DNA of 47,451 nt from Candidatus Pacearchaeota archaeon (GCA_016866935.1 VGKS01000002.1:1-47451), one strand, 5' to 3'. Positions 18,513 through 28,483 are shown, counted from the stretch's first letter. Notes: a model not told the origin generated them from the letters alone. Translations and numbers: made by a program.

Positions 18513-18665
18513 GTTTTTTGTGTCTCCTTTAGATAATAGGTAGAAATCGTTGTCTCTATACAGACAAAAATTGAGTCAAAAAGACTCAAATAACTGTGAG
18601 TGTGAGTGATAATTTGTCTACCAAATTTATCGTGATAAGAAGAAATCGTTTTGAGCGTATTTAAA
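18513..18665 (-). promoter_or_regulatory. dnaG promoter plus a long structured 5' leader with SD
   Basis: TTTAAATA at about 18658-18665; stems GGTAGA/TCTACC, TTGAGTC/GACTCAA and TTGTCT/AGACAA; AAAGGAG about 11 nt before the ATG. Confidence 0.5.
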
Positions 18666-18723
18666 GCTTGTGTTTAGTCAAAATCCTCTAAATCCTTAAA
18701 TAACATTAAGTAAAAAAACCAAA

Positions 18724-19053
18724 GTGAGATACATATTTTTAGGGAAAATAAAAGAGTGTCCAAGGGTTGAGATGGTAGGAAGGTTCGCCCTCCACACAGC
18801 TTCTTGTAATGAATTAGGCGTGATTGATTTGGAAATGCAAACAATAGAAGATGTTCATTACGGGTTTGCTGATTTGCAGTCTCTAAAGAACACTTTAAGT
18901 AATTATAGAGACACATCATTAATTGTAAATGGAATTCCAGAAGATTTGTTTAGAAGATTTGTCCCAGATAACGAATATGTAATGGGTAGATTATCCCCAA
19001 CAGAAGTAAGTTCTCTTTTGAGCAAAGAACCTTTAGAATCAAGAGTATATTAA
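18724..19053 (+). CDS. Hypothetical protein
   Basis: 109-aa ORF; TTAAATAA upstream; start uncertain (18724 or 18772). Confidence 0.6.
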   Translation: MRYIFLGKIKECPRVEMVGRFALHTASCNELGVIDLEMQTIEDVHYGFADLQSLKNTLSNYRDTSLIVNGIPEDLFRRFVPDNEYVMGRLSPTEVSSLLSKEPLESRVY

Positions 19054-19216
19054 TCGTCAAAATTAATTACGTTTTCTATTTTACACACAAATCAATATCA
19101 AAAGAAGGCATCAAAAGAAAAACGTTTATCCTTTAAATATTTTATTATTACCCTCCGTCGGAAAATATCGAGAAAAACATTTATATATCTAACAGTAAGA
19201 AAAGAGTTAGGTTAAA

Positions 19217-19315
19217 ATGGTGATGCCTGTAAAAGAGCCAAAAATAGAAGAGGAAGAGCGCTTCGAAGCGGACGTTGATGGCCTCTGCGAAGATCTTGAC
19301 TTGGATGTATTTTAA
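19217..19315 (+). CDS. Putative 32-aa acidic peptide
   Basis: MVMPVKEPKIEEEERFEADVDGLCEDLDLDVF; TTTATATA about 30 nt upstream; locally more GC-rich than the flanks; T-rich tract after the stop. Confidence 0.55.
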   Translation: MVMPVKEPKIEEEERFEADVDGLCEDLDLDVF

Positions 19316-19389
19316 TTTTTAAAATGCTATTTTTTCAAGCATTTTATTTTTCATAATCTTATTTATCTAATTTTTACTTTATTTTAGAA

Positions 19390-19995
19390 TTATCTACCTA
19401 AATTTCCAATATTTCCAGTTCCGCCAGCCATTTTATCTTTAAGCGTATGGTACTCGCGAACATTCCCAAGTTTGTAATATAAATCAAGTAATATGCTCTG
19501 CACTTGATTCTTCTCTTCAGCACTTAAATCAAGAGATAACATTTTTTGGAATATTTCTTTAGCGTTATTTCTTCTATCAGCTTTCAAGTAAGCTTGAGCC
19601 TGGCCAAAATGATATCTTTTGTAAGCTTGCTTCATCTCAAATTTCTCCCTATCATTTCCAAGAGCTAAAGCCTGTTGGAATAATCTTTCAGCCTCGACAA
19701 ATCCATTTCCTCTTATATTAAATTCAACAGCTTTCATAAACTGACTTATTTTATCCTTAAATGTAGTTGTAATATCTGCAGCCGCACGTACAGTCTTCGC
19801 AGCATCAAGAAACATTGCTTTCTGCTCGTATATTCTTGTCAATTCAAGTAAAACAAACCTTCTAGTATCATAATCAAGTTGTGACTTTACAGCTCTCTGT
19901 AAGTATGACATCTTTACATACTCACCCATATTTTTTATTTTAGCATCAATTTCTGATCTAGTTCTTTCAGCAATTGGCCTATCAACTATGTGCAT
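19390..19995 (-). CDS. Alpha-helical repeat (TPR/SNAP-like) protein
   Basis: Repeating helical pattern (YEQKAMFLDAA, AERLFQQAL, AKEIFQKML, LYYKLG). Confidence 0.75.
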   Translation of the reverse strand: MHIVDRPIAERTRSEIDAKIKNMGEYVKMSYLQRAVKSQLDYDTRRFVLLELTRIYEQKAMFLDAAKTVRAAADITTTFKDKISQFMKAVEFNIRGNGFVEAERLFQQALALGNDREKFEMKQAYKRYHFGQAQAYLKADRRNNAKEIFQKMLSLDLSAEEKNQVQSILLDLYYKLGNVREYHTLKDKMAGGTGNIGNLGR

Positions 19996-20035
19996 GTCGA
20001 AGAAAACTAATCTCTATTTATAATGTTTATTGTTG

Positions 20036-20584
20036 TTAGAATAAATGTTTGTTTAATAGGTGAGTTACGGTCATATGTACTGCTTGTTCAAGATATCTTT
20101 TTCTATCAAATCTTCCGCCAGTCAGCCCATGTATTATTCCATTACCATAACCAATTCTTTCTTCGTCGGTCAGCCCTGCTCTTCTCCATGCTTCATCAAG
20201 CTGCACTTTTTCCCTTTGTATTATTTCAGCAACTATTCTTGGAATAACAAAACCAGAATTTTGACCAATATAAATTCTTTTACCATCAAATATTACACAT
20301 GCAGCAAAGTTCATTCTTGGTAAACTTTCACCATTTAAAGGCACTTTATACAATCCAGATTCTAATCCAACACTATAGTTGCAATCTCTGAATGCCTGTC
20401 TAGCTCTAAATTCTGCTCCAGCCCATATTTCTTCCATCCCACGTGGCTGTTCTGGAATTATGCTTTCTGGAACAGGAACTTCAATTCCTCTGAATTCAGC
20501 ATCAATAAAATCTTGATATTTTAGAAATGCTTGTCTTACTGCTTCAAACTTAACAGGGTTTTTAGAACCAATATTAATAATCAT
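20036..20584 (-). CDS. yjjX: Inosine/xanthosine triphosphatase, YjjX family
   Basis: IGSKNPVKFEAV, EQP, GAEFRA, VGLESG, GIIHGLTGGRFDR. Confidence 0.9.
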   Translation of the reverse strand: MIINIGSKNPVKFEAVRQAFLKYQDFIDAEFRGIEVPVPESIIPEQPRGMEEIWAGAEFRARQAFRDCNYSVGLESGLYKVPLNGESLPRMNFAACVIFDGKRIYIGQNSGFVIPRIVAEIIQREKVQLDEAWRRAGLTDEERIGYGNGIIHGLTGGRFDRKRYLEQAVHMTVTHLLNKHLF

Positions 20585-20823
20585 AATTGAATTTAAAATT
20601 CAAGATATAAAATAATTAGTATGATGTAATATTTAGTACAAATAGGGGTGTTAGTTTCATACAAAGTTCGAAATGCTAAAAAGCTTTTTCGTAGTTAAAT
20701 AATCTTTAAACCACACCTCTATATTGTGAATATTACAAATTAACCAAGCTTTTCTTATATATAAATCTATCTAATATGCTCTTAATCATCAATAAAGTTT
20801 ATTTTAATACCTAAACTCGTGTA

Positions 20824-20973
20824 TTAGTCTTTATTAAACTTCTTTTCTAAAAATCTATACCCTTTAATTATCCCCATAGTAACAAGAGAGTAAGCCAAAA
20901 ATCTAAATGCTTGCTGAGGAATTAATGAAACAGCATTTTCCAAAACTTCGATTATAGGATGAAGATTTTTCAT
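20824..20973 (-). CDS. Putative 49-aa small protein downstream of tuf
   Basis: MKNLHPIIEVLENAVSLIPQQAFRFLAYSLVTMGIIKGYRFLEKKFNKD; one hydrophobic stretch. Confidence 0.35.
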   Translation of the reverse strand: MKNLHPIIEVLENAVSLIPQQAFRFLAYSLVTMGIIKGYRFLEKKFNKD

Positions 20974-21005
20974 TTTAAGTTTTAGAACAGTTTAATTGAG
21001 TAAGA

Positions 21006-22283
21006 TTACTTCTTAGATGTGATCTCTAAGCACACACCAGCTGCAACAGTGCTTCCAGCGTCTCTTACTGCAAATCTAGCCATATTTGGGTTTGTAGCCT
21101 GTGTTTCTAATACAAGGTTTCCAATTGGTTTTAGTCTAACTTTCGCAATATCACCATTCTTCAAGAAATCAGGGTTTGAAACCTTTGTTCCATCAGGTGA
21201 TTGTTTTTCAATTAATTCTACGAATTGGCATGGCACTTGTGCAGTGTGTACGTGGAATACTGGAGTGTATCCCTTAGCAATAACTGTTGGGTGTGAAATT
21301 ATAGCAACTTGAGCAATAAACTCTTGTACAATAGATGCAGGTTGAGCAGCGTCACAAACTACGTCTCCTCTAGCAATATCTTTCTTACCTACTCCTCTAA
21401 TGTTAATACCTACGTTGTCTCCAGCTTCAGCTTGAGGCATTTGTTCATGGTGCATTTCAATAGTTTTAACTTCACCATTGATTCCTGAACCACTTCTTCC
21501 AGGCAATATAACAACTTTCTGTCCTAACTTCATTATTCCTGTTTCAATCTTTCCAACTGGAACAGTTCCGATACCTGTAATTTCATATACGTCTTGTAAT
21601 GGCATTCTTAATGGTAATGATGTTGGTTTGTTAGGTTGCTCAAATAAGTCTAATTGTTCTCTAATTGTAGGTCCCTTGTACCATGGCATGTGTTCAGACT
21701 TCTTAACAACATTATCTCCAAGGTATCCAGCAGCAGGGATGAAAGCCATCGTTTCTGTCTTGTATCCAGCTTGCTTTAGAATTACTGAAACATCAGCTAC
21801 AACTTTCTTGTAAGCATCTTCTTTCCATTGAACAGTGTCCATCTTGTTAACAACAACTGCAATTTGTTTAACTCCCATTGTTCTAAGTAACCAAGCGTGT
21901 TCCTTTGTCTGAGGCTGAACTCCTTCCTGAGCTGCAACTGTTAAGAAAGCTGCGTCAGATTGTGAAGCACCAGTAATCATGTTCTTAATGAAGTCCTTGT
22001 GTCCAGGAGCATCAATTATTGTAACTTCGAATTTATTAGTAATTAATTTTTGATAAGATAAGTCAATAGTAACTCCTCTTTCTCTTTCTTCCTTGAATTT
22101 GTCCATAACATAAGCGAATTCGAATCCAGCTTTGCCATGCTCTTTAGCAATTACTTTAAGCTTATCAAGTTCTTGTGGAGGGATAGCTCCAGAATCGAAC
22201 ATCAATCTACCTATTGTAGTACTCTTACCGTGGTCTACGTGACCCACGAAAGCAACGTTTATTGTTGGTTTTGTTTTTGCCAT
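21006..22283 (-). CDS. tuf: Elongation factor 1-alpha
   Basis: [36 protein letters not shown]. Confidence 0.99.
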   Translation of the reverse strand: MAKTKPTINVAFVGHVDHGKSTTIGRLMFDSGAIPPQELDKLKVIAKEHGKAGFEFAYVMDKFKEERERGVTIDLSYQKLITNKFEVTIIDAPGHKDFIKNMITGASQSDAAFLTVAAQEGVQPQTKEHAWLLRTMGVKQIAVVVNKMDTVQWKEDAYKKVVADVSVILKQAGYKTETMAFIPAAGYLGDNVVKKSEHMPWYKGPTIREQLDLFEQPNKPTSLPLRMPLQDVYEITGIGTVPVGKIETGIMKLGQKVVILPGRSGSGINGEVKTIEMHHEQMPQAEAGDNVGINIRGVGKKDIARGDVVCDAAQPASIVQEFIAQVAIISHPTVIAKGYTPVFHVHTAQVPCQFVELIEKQSPDGTKVSNPDFLKNGDIAKVRLKPIGNLVLETQATNPNMARFAVRDAGSTVAAGVCLEITSKK

Positions 22284-22458
22284 TTTATGTAAACAGGTTT
22301 ATTTTAGAGGGTATATAAATATTGCGTTTTTATGATATTTATTCTAGGTAACACAAATTATCCTCGTTTAAATTTTTCTTTTTTCAGAACAAAATTCGTT
22401 TAATGGAGGATAATTTAAAAATGTAAAAATATAAATAACTTAAAATTTAATCAGATAA

Positions 22459-23223
22459 ATGAATGAAATAGCTTTAACATTATTTGTTTCTCTAGCAATT
22501 CAAGTAATCCTTTTCATACCAGCTTTTATTTTCAGAACAGATAAACTAACTGATTTTTCATATAGTTTAACCTTCATAGTTCTTACATTATTTGTTTTAC
22601 TCACAAATAATCTCTCTGCAGGAAAAATAATTCTTGCTTCAATGATTTTGATATGGGCTTTAAGATTAGGAATTTTCTTATTCATAAGAATAACTAAAAT
22701 AAAAAGAGATAAGAGATTTGACGGAGTAAGAGAAAATTTCACAAAGTTTGCTAAATTCTGGATTTTACAAGGAGTAGCTGTTTGGTTAATTCTTCTTCCA
22801 AGTATATATTTTATGACTCAAGATGTACAATTAACAAAATTAAGTTACTTAGGAATTTTAATTTGGATATCTGGATTAATAATCGAGGCTATTTCAGATT
22901 CTCAAAAGTTTTCATTTAGTCAGAATCCAAAAAATAAAAATAATTTTATTTCAATAGGCTTGTGGAAATATTCAAGACATCCAAACTATTTTGGAGAAAT
23001 GCTTTGCTGGATTGGAATTTACTTATTCACAATATCAAGTTTATCTACAATACAAGCATTAATCTCAATAATATCTCCTTTGTTCATAATTTTAATTCTA
23101 CTTTTTGGAACAGGAGTTCCTAAATTAGAACAATCTGCAGATTCTAAATTTGGGAAATTAAAAGAATATCAAGAATATAAAAGAAGAACTTCTTTAGTGA
23201 TACTATGGCCAAGAAAAAGATAA
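22459..23223 (+). CDS. DUF1295 / steroid 5-alpha-reductase-like membrane protein
   Basis: WALRLG, DKRFD, EAISDSQKF, GLWKYSRHPNYFGE. Confidence 0.9.
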   Translation: MNEIALTLFVSLAIQVILFIPAFIFRTDKLTDFSYSLTFIVLTLFVLLTNNLSAGKIILASMILIWALRLGIFLFIRITKIKRDKRFDGVRENFTKFAKFWILQGVAVWLILLPSIYFMTQDVQLTKLSYLGILIWISGLIIEAISDSQKFSFSQNPKNKNNFISIGLWKYSRHPNYFGEMLCWIGIYLFTISSLSTIQALISIISPLFIILILLFGTGVPKLEQSADSKFGKLKEYQEYKRRTSLVILWPRKR

Positions 23224-23591
23224 TCTCGTTTTTAGCAGTTTTTGTTTCATTATTAATCCTAGATTTTTTGGTGATTTCTAACCTAGTCTTTCCATTATAT
23301 GAAGAAGGTATTTCTCAATTATTAAATGAAGATGTAAATATTTACTCTTCATTAATCGCCTGGTTCTTAATTGCTCTAGGAGTTTCAATAATTATAGTTC
23401 CGCTTTCTAAGAATAAAATTGATAGTTTCAAAAATGGAGCCATCTTTGGATTAGTATTGTACGGAGTTTATGATTTTACAAATTATGCTATAATAAAAGG
23501 CTGGACGATAGAGATGGTATTGTTTGATGTTTTATGGGGCATAATTCTTTGCGGAACGATTAGCGTAATAGGTAAATCATTCGTAAAATAA
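23205..23591 (+). CDS. DUF2177-family membrane protein
   Basis: GAIFGLVLYGVYDFTNYA...W...DVLWG. Confidence 0.85.
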   Translation: MAKKKIISFLAVFVSLLILDFLVISNLVFPLYEEGISQLLNEDVNIYSSLIAWFLIALGVSIIIVPLSKNKIDSFKNGAIFGLVLYGVYDFTNYAIIKGWTIEMVLFDVLWGIILCGTISVIGKSFVK

Positions 23592-23808
23592 GTAATTCTT
23601 TTCCAGATAATAAATAATTAATTATATTTTGTTTTGCCGGTATTTACAATTAATATTTTCTTGTCTTTGGGAATCTTATCTTTCATTTGTAAATTTACTC
23701 TTTAATCATCTCCCAAAATTTACAAAAGAAGTCTTTATGAGGATTTAATTATAACTACGGAATGGTAACAATAGAGAGGTTTAAATACCCTTCTGTAAGG
23801 AGAAATTT

Positions 23809-24594
23809 ATGGAAGAAAGCGAGCGAACAAACAAAGGAGCATTTGACAGAGTTATAGCTCTGCAAATTAGAAGAAAGTATGGCATGACACAGAGAAGACT
23901 AAAAGAAATAACTGGAATTAATGAGAGTACGATTTCACATTACGAGAATGGGCACTCTATCCCAAGAGCACAAGATCCATACGGATTTGTCAATCGCGGT
24001 ACTGCAGGGTATCTAAAATGGCTTAGCGACCATGGATATAACCCATACAATCTTGATTTTGAATCTTTGTCTTCTTTACCAGTTAAAGCCTCCCCAGAAA
24101 GTAAACCTAAAAAGGATGAAGAAAGACATTTAGTACAGGCAAAAATGTTAGCGGGACGAGAAGAAAGACCTGAGAACCTTGACGAGATATTAGGGCACGT
24201 TAGAGAACTAAGAAGGGTAGTTTCAGAACATCCTATTGTTCTTAAATCAGATGCAAATTATTTAAGAGAGTTATACACAGAGCAGATTAATAGAAGAAGA
24301 GATAATTTAAGATTTTTTATGTATGAGGGAGAAAGAATACCTTTTGTATTAGTCAATAGTAGGGATTTAAGGGGATTTACAGGGAGGGTATTGCATAATC
24401 TCTATTTTGTTGCTGAAGATTTAGCTCCAGAAGAATGGCAACAAAAAATTGTAGCCTATCATGAGTCTTTATGTGCAATAAAAGGGCATGAAGTTGCTAA
24501 AGAAATGGAAATAAAGTTAGCTAAAAAACTAAAAGTAAAGAAAAAATATGAATTATGGCGAAAAAAAATTGACGAAATGTCTGAAGATCTCTAA
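23809..24594 (+). CDS. XRE-type HTH protein with an unknown C-terminal domain
   Basis: IRRKYGMTQRRLKEITGINESTISHYENG; C-terminal YHESL...GHEVA. Confidence 0.8.
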   Translation: MEESERTNKGAFDRVIALQIRRKYGMTQRRLKEITGINESTISHYENGHSIPRAQDPYGFVNRGTAGYLKWLSDHGYNPYNLDFESLSSLPVKASPESKPKKDEERHLVQAKMLAGREERPENLDEILGHVRELRRVVSEHPIVLKSDANYLRELYTEQINRRRDNLRFFMYEGERIPFVLVNSRDLRGFTGRVLHNLYFVAEDLAPEEWQQKIVAYHESLCAIKGHEVAKEMEIKLAKKLKVKKKYELWRKKIDEMSEDL

Positions 24595-24678
24595 TTTAGT
24601 AATCAGTCATACTGCAAGAAAATAAATTGAATTTTATACTAAACAAATATATTTAAACTCAAATTGCAAAAACAAAAT

Positions 24679-24858
24679 ATGGAAAAAAATCAGGAGATGA
24701 TTGTAGAAGTTGGGGAGTATAGTTTAATAGCAAATACTGATAAAAACTTTGAAGTTACCCATTTAATTCTAAAGGCAGCTAATGGTTCAAAGAGAGTTTG
24801 GAAAGTTAAAGAATTAAGTGAAAAAGAAGCCAAATTTGATATTGAAAAGTTTGCTTAA
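24679..24858 (+). CDS. Hypothetical protein
   Basis: 59-aa ORF about 25 nt after TTTAAA. Confidence 0.6.
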   Translation: MEKNQEMIVEVGEYSLIANTDKNFEVTHLILKAANGSKRVWKVKELSEKEAKFDIEKFA

Positions 24859-25235
24859 ACAAATTTTTGTAAATAACTCTCCAGCAAAGACTTCATTTCT
24901 TTCCATCTTATATTTACAGCTTGTTCTGAAATATTGGGAATTTCCAATTCTCCGGCAATAATAATCACATCATCAAGTTCATCGCCATATCTATGCGGCA
25001 TAAAGTAACCAGTTATAATGTAAGAAGTTTCCATTATACAAGTCTTATCATTAGGAGTTTGATCAATTAACTTTAAGCAAATCTTCGCTATTCTTTTCTT
25101 TAATTTTTCATCTTTAATTGGTATGCTAGGTTTTCCCCAATATTCCTCTAAAGCCTTTCCAATTTCTTTAAGTTCTTTTTTATTCTCTTCTTCTAATTCA
25201 TCAGAGGCCTTCTTGAAATTTTCTTTTCTTTTCAT
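24855..25235 (-). CDS. Hypothetical protein
   Basis: 126-aa ORF starting 4 nt downstream of the RHH gene. Confidence 0.7.
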   Translation of the reverse strand: MKRKENFKKASDELEEENKKELKEIGKALEEYWGKPSIPIKDEKLKKRIAKICLKLIDQTPNDKTCIMETSYIITGYFMPHRYGDELDDVIIIAGELEIPNISEQAVNIRWKEMKSLLESYLQKFV

Positions 25236-25239
25236 AATT

Positions 25240-25440
25240 TTAACAATATTTACTAAAAGTATGAACTAAAGGTTTCTTATCAACAGTTTCATTTTTGACA
25301 TCATTCTTTCCCTTTACCTTAGTTATTTCAGATCTAATAAAGTTCTCAACTCTTTTACTCATACTAATTCCATTTTTTTTACAATGAGCAGAAAACTGTT
25401 TATACGCTTCTTCATCGATATTGAATGTTTTTATCACCAT
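25240..25440 (-). CDS. Ribbon-helix-helix protein
   Basis: KTFNIDEEAYKQFSAHCKKNGISMSKRVENFIR. Confidence 0.8.
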   Translation of the reverse strand: MVIKTFNIDEEAYKQFSAHCKKNGISMSKRVENFIRSEITKVKGKNDVKNETVDKKPLVHTFSKYC

Positions 25441-25557
25441 CTTTCTTAATACTTATATAACATTAAATAAAGTTAATAAACCTTTTCATAAGAATTAAAC
25501 AGAACTTTAAAGAAAATCCGTTGAAATAAATTATTAATTAAACTTATATAACTTTAT

Positions 25558-25896
25558 TTAAGGATTAAGGGGAAAGAGTCTTTCAGGATTACTACTAAAT
25601 TTTTTCCATAAATCATCAATAACATTTCTTGCTCCAGTCAATGTTTTGGAAGTTAATTCCACTGTATATCCAAATCCCTCTCTTGCATTTATAGCAGCCC
25701 TTACAGTATATTTTCCAAGTTTTAAAGTTGCATTGCCTAAAATTCTTATCCCAAGCAAACCACGATGCCTATAAGGTCTGTCAAGAATTATCTCCTCAAC
25801 ATCAGTAATATCATTCATTTCATACAAAGCTTCCCCAATTCTTTCAGTAAGGTACCTTGACAATCCACCCCTTACTTTACTATAATTTCTTTTCAT
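25558..25896 (-). CDS. Hypothetical protein
   Basis: 112-aa ORF with its own TTTATTAA box. Confidence 0.7.
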   Translation of the reverse strand: MKRNYSKVRGGLSRYLTERIGEALYEMNDITDVEEIILDRPYRHRGLLGIRILGNATLKLGKYTVRAAINAREGFGYTVELTSKTLTGARNVIDDLWKKFSSNPERLFPLNP

Positions 25897-25947
25897 TTTG
25901 ACAAGAAATCAATATAAGTCAAATTAATAAATCTTGTTACTTAGAAG

Positions 25948-28137
25948 TCACTGATTAGCAGCAAGCCCCTTTCTATCTCTAATCTTGCGTACAACATTCT
26001 CTTGCAATTCACGAGGAAGTTGTTTGAATTCCTGTGTTATCAAAGATGAAACTCCTCTACCTTCAGTAATGCTTCTTAAATCTGATGCCCACCCAATCAT
26101 CTCAGCTACTGGTATCTTAGCCTTAATGAATACGTCAATTCCTTTCTGATCTACATCAATTAGAACTCCTCTCTTAGAAGCAATAAGTCCAGTAACAGAG
26201 CCCATATAATCAAGAGGTGCTTCAATCAAGTGAGTCTGTATAGGTTCTAGTACTGCAGCTCCACCTTTATTCATTGCATCAAACATTCCCAATCTTATAG
26301 CAGGGTAAATCTGAGCAGGGCCTCTATGCATATGGTCCACGTGTAATTTAGCGTCATGTAATATGAATTTTGTTTTCATTAATGGTTCTTTAGCCAACGG
26401 ACCATTATCAACTACAAGTCTCCATCCATCAATTATAGATTCAATTACTTCAGAAAGTAATACTAGACCTCTTGTTTGGTCCTGGAATACATTTCCTTTG
26501 TAAATATCTCTGTAAGCGCGTGCTTCCTCGTTTGAAATTCCCAAATCTGAAAGTTTTTTCCATATATCTTCTGGTTTCTTTTTCAAACGACCCTCAGGAA
26601 TACTTCCGCTTTCAATAGCCTCATAAACATTATCTTCAATAGGCATCATTTCAAGGAAGAATATGTTGTGTCCGTTTCCAGTTCTAGATTCAACTTCTCC
26701 AGAGGCCTTACTGATTGTTTCTCTGTATACAATGATTGGATTACCCATTTTTACTTCAAGACCTTTTTCAGTCTTGATTCTACCTTCAATAATTTCTAAG
26801 TGTAATTCTCCCATACCAGAAAGTAAGTTTTCTCCTGTCTCTTCATTAATTTCAATCTTAACGCTAGGATCTTCTTTTCCAACTTTTCTCAATACTTCAA
26901 TCAACTTAGGTAAATCTTGAGGTTTTGTAACTTCAATAGATTTAGTAATAACTGGTTGGAATATGTGTTTCAATTCTTCAAATGGAGTTTGCTCAGTTAG
27001 AGTAATGGTTTCTCCAACTTCCACATTCACTCCAGAAATAGCAAGTACGTTTCCAGCAGGAACTTCATCTAACTGTTCAGGTTTAACTCCGTTATATACA
27101 AGAACTTGTTGAACTCTAGACTTCTTTTTATTGTTATTACAATAAATCTCCATTCCGGTTTTCATAGTTCCAGAATACAATCTTCCAGCACAAACTTCTT
27201 TACCTGATCTAGGATCAATAACAATTCTAGTAACTACAAAAGCAAGTTCTCCATTCTTATTACATGTAAGCAAATCTTGCCCCATTTTCGAGTCTGAATC
27301 TCCTCTCCATATTCTACCAATTCTATATTTCTGAGCTTCTAGGGGGTTAGGTAAGTGTTTAACAGCCATATCAAGAACTACTTCATGTAAAGGAGCATTC
27401 TTCCATACCCATTCTTTTCTCTTTTCTTCTTCTAATTCATACATTTTAATAATATCTCCAAATGAAATATTTCTCTTCTTCATGAATGGAACAGATAATG
27501 CCCAGTTTTCTCTAGCAGAGCCAAAAGCAACGCTCCCGTCTGCTACGCTTACTCTCCATTTGTCAGCTAGTTCTGGTTCAGCAATTTGTAAAATCAAATT
27601 ATTAAAATCAGCAATAACTTTAGCAAATCTTTCTTGCATTTGCTGCGGAGTAACTTTCAATTCCTTAATCAATCTATCAACTTTATTTATGAATAAAACT
27701 GGTTTTACTCTTTCTCTTAAAGCCTGCTTAAGCACTGTTTCTGTTTGAGGCATGATTCCTTCAACAGCACAAATCAATACAAAAGTTCCATCAATAGCTC
27801 TCATAGCTCTCGTAACGTTTCCACCAAAGTCAATGTGCCCAGGGGTATCAATTAAATTAATCAAATATTCTTTTCCTTCATATTCGTGACCCATACTAAC
27901 ATTAGCAGCGTCTACAGTCATCAATCTTTCTTGCTCGTCCTTGTGTAACCATGTACTCATTCCTTCTTCTAAATCTCCAGCATTTTTGTTAGCCATCATA
28001 CCAGCTGCAGCGAGTAAGTTATCTGTAAAAGCGGTTTTACCATGGTGTATGTGAGCAGAAGTTGCAACATTACGAATATTGTGCTGATTACTTGTCAGTC
28101 TCTGAATTTTCTGTAAACTTGTTTCTTTGTCTGCCAT
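25948..28137 (-). CDS. fusA: Elongation factor 2
   Basis: AHIHHGKT, EQERLMTV, DTPGH, NKVD, EDP, GMGELHL, diphthamide loop HRGPAQ, LRSITEGRG. Confidence 0.98.
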   Translation of the reverse strand: MADKETSLQKIQRLTSNQHNIRNVATSAHIHHGKTAFTDNLLAAAGMMANKNAGDLEEGMSTWLHKDEQERLMTVDAANVSMGHEYEGKEYLINLIDTPGHIDFGGNVTRAMRAIDGTFVLICAVEGIMPQTETVLKQALRERVKPVLFINKVDRLIKELKVTPQQMQERFAKVIADFNNLILQIAEPELADKWRVSVADGSVAFGSARENWALSVPFMKKRNISFGDIIKMYELEEEKRKEWVWKNAPLHEVVLDMAVKHLPNPLEAQKYRIGRIWRGDSDSKMGQDLLTCNKNGELAFVVTRIVIDPRSGKEVCAGRLYSGTMKTGMEIYCNNNKKKSRVQQVLVYNGVKPEQLDEVPAGNVLAISGVNVEVGETITLTEQTPFEELKHIFQPVITKSIEVTKPQDLPKLIEVLRKVGKEDPSVKIEINEETGENLLSGMGELHLEIIEGRIKTEKGLEVKMGNPIIVYRETISKASGEVESRTGNGHNIFFLEMMPIEDNVYEAIESGSIPEGRLKKKPEDIWKKLSDLGISNEEARAYRDIYKGNVFQDQTRGLVLLSEVIESIIDGWRLVVDNGPLAKEPLMKTKFILHDAKLHVDHMHRGPAQIYPAIRLGMFDAMNKGGAAVLEPIQTHLIEAPLDYMGSVTGLIASKRGVLIDVDQKGIDVFIKAKIPVAEMIGWASDLRSITEGRGVSSLITQEFKQLPRELQENVVRKIRDRKGLAANQ

Positions 28138-28189
28138 TTAATATTTTACAAATTTTGATTTTGATAAATCGTTTTATTAAAGATGGTTT

Positions 28190-28483
28190 TTAAACGTTGC
28201 CCTTTCTTTTTATTTTTGACATTGGAGTATGTCTTGGAGCGTCAAAATATAATCTAATTCTATTTGGAGAACTTTCTTGTTGATTGTTAGATATTTTTAC
28301 TTTACCATGCTCTCCAAAAGAATATTCTATCCCATAATCATCTAATGTAATTTGAGCGTCTCCAACTGTAACAACAGCATATTTTCTATTATTCTTAGGG
28401 CTAATACCGACATCATCAACAACAAAATCCAAATCTCCTACTCTAATCCCATCTCCTTTTCTTAAACACCATGTAACTCCCAT
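28190..28483 (-). CDS. Small beta-rich protein resembling a tandem CsrA/RsmA fold
   Basis: VTWCLRKGDGIRVGDLDFVVDDV and YSFGEHGKVKI...NRIRLYFDAPRH resemble CsrA [21 protein letters not shown]...NQVRIGVNAPKE. GAGGGA lies 8 nt before ATG 28483. Confidence 0.55.
   Translation of the reverse strand: MGVTWCLRKGDGIRVGDLDFVVDDVGISPKNNRKYAVVTVGDAQITLDDYGIEYSFGEHGKVKISNNQQESSPNRIRLYFDAPRHTPMSKIKRKGNV

Noticed and set aside
25450-25560. ACTTATATAAC repeated twice upstream of the RHH gene
   Set aside because: A short AT-rich repeat that cannot be separated from chance or TATA-like sequence without comparative data.
22459-25896. Prophage or integrated element between tuf and fusA
   Set aside because: No integrase, terminal repeats, replication genes or structural genes; mixed gene orientations.
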